In this document: piece by piece, positions 55,888 through 64,000 of the stretch
Layout of the letters: each line of letters begins with the position of its first letter
Position numbering within the stretch: the first letter of the stretch is position 1
Source of the DNA: Salpingoeca rosetta
Taxonomy: Eukaryota; Protista; Choanoflagellata
NCBI GenBank assembly: GCA_033442325.1
Contig: JAWQFM010000014.1
Span: 897,792 to 961,791, forward strand
Direction: 5' to 3'
DNA: 64,000 bases
The notes under the pieces: model-generated
Told to the model about the DNA's origin: nothing
The model's database searches: none
Seen by the model: only the letters and a program-made list of their open reading frames with translations
Program-made: the position numbers and the translations under genes

Positions 55888-56763
55888 GCTCAACCAACCC
55901 ACACACACACACGCACAACACTGCAAACACAAACAAACCAAAGTGGTGGAGTTCGCGGCTAAATGCTGGCACCCGACACGATGAAAAGTAATGAAATTTC
56001 GTAGAAGATATGTGGGAAACCCCGTTTCCGAACAAACGGTGATTTGTGAAAGATGTCTCCTAGTTTTCTCATGCTTCCTTCCATCAAACAACCGCCGACG
56101 ACAACGCAGCAACAACTCTGCATTCTCCCTGCTTGGTTTGTGTGTGAGCGTGCAGGCAACCGAACGAACAGATTCATCATCGTCGTCCATCCATCGTTCT
56201 TCTTGCCTTCTTCTTGCCTTCATTCCTCCCCCCCCCTTTGGTGTGCCTGTGTCTGTTCCATTACCACCCTCAAGGACGCGCAAGTCACCCCCACAAAGGT
56301 TTGTCGACTTGCTTCGCATGGCATTGCCTACTCTGTTGCGTTGCGCAGGTTTGTTGTTTCGGCCTTGTTGGTTTTTTTCCCGCCTATTTTTGAGTGTCGC
56401 TTTTGCTGGGTTGTGCTGGCGCGCTTACGGTCGCCAGCGCGAATCCCCAAGCGCGACCCACCACCTCCGCATACACACAAACTTCACTTTTTTTTTTTTT
56501 TTTTGGAGAGCAAGAGGAGGAGGACGAGCAGTAGGAGGAGGAGGAGCTCCTCTTTGCAGTCTTCCTCGTGACGTGGGTGCTGTCTCTCTCTCTCTCTCTC
56601 TGTCTTCTTGTGCAAGTGTGATGCTCTCACACACATTCACACACACGCACACACATTCACACACACACACACATTGACGACCACACACAAGACCACCGTC
56701 ATTGTTGCATGCGCATGTGCGCGAGAGTCCTTGGCGGCCAGTGCAACGAAGCCGCGCGTTGGA

Positions 56764-64000
<7,237 letters not shown>

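Overview
Compact, intron-dense eukaryotic DNA whose introns are packed with (CA)n/(GT)n microsatellites. Gene content and splice style (GTGCGT/GTGTGT donors) suggest a choanoflagellate such as Salpingoeca rosetta; this is inference. Most short ORFs in the track are microsatellite artefacts, so genes were rebuilt by eye from exons. Left to right: a bacterial-type Na+/glutamate symporter (GltS-like, runs off the left edge); an ankyrin-repeat CDS that may be the C-terminus of a large PH-DUF4062-NACHT-WD40 STAND protein; a kinesin-14; a ~7 kb insert lying between ~4.9 kb direct repeats of the kinesin 3' region; an intronless secreted 7-repeat beta-propeller gene; RPL10A; CABLES; VPS26C/DSCR3; a UBXN6-like gene apparently lacking UBX; an endoglycoceramidase (GH5); and a CBP/p300-like acetyltransferase (runs off the right edge). 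The best candidate for a new system is in the insert: an intronless ~1,500 aa ORF with SAMD9/SAMD9L-like order of motifs (Schlafen/AlbA_2 nuclease with an intact E-E-D set, Rossmann/SIR2-like segment, STAND P-loop GxGxTT, helical C-terminus) and a Thr/Asp repeat tract where animals have SAM. It is a candidate antiviral tRNase sensor-effector. All family calls rest on motif recognition, not database searches.
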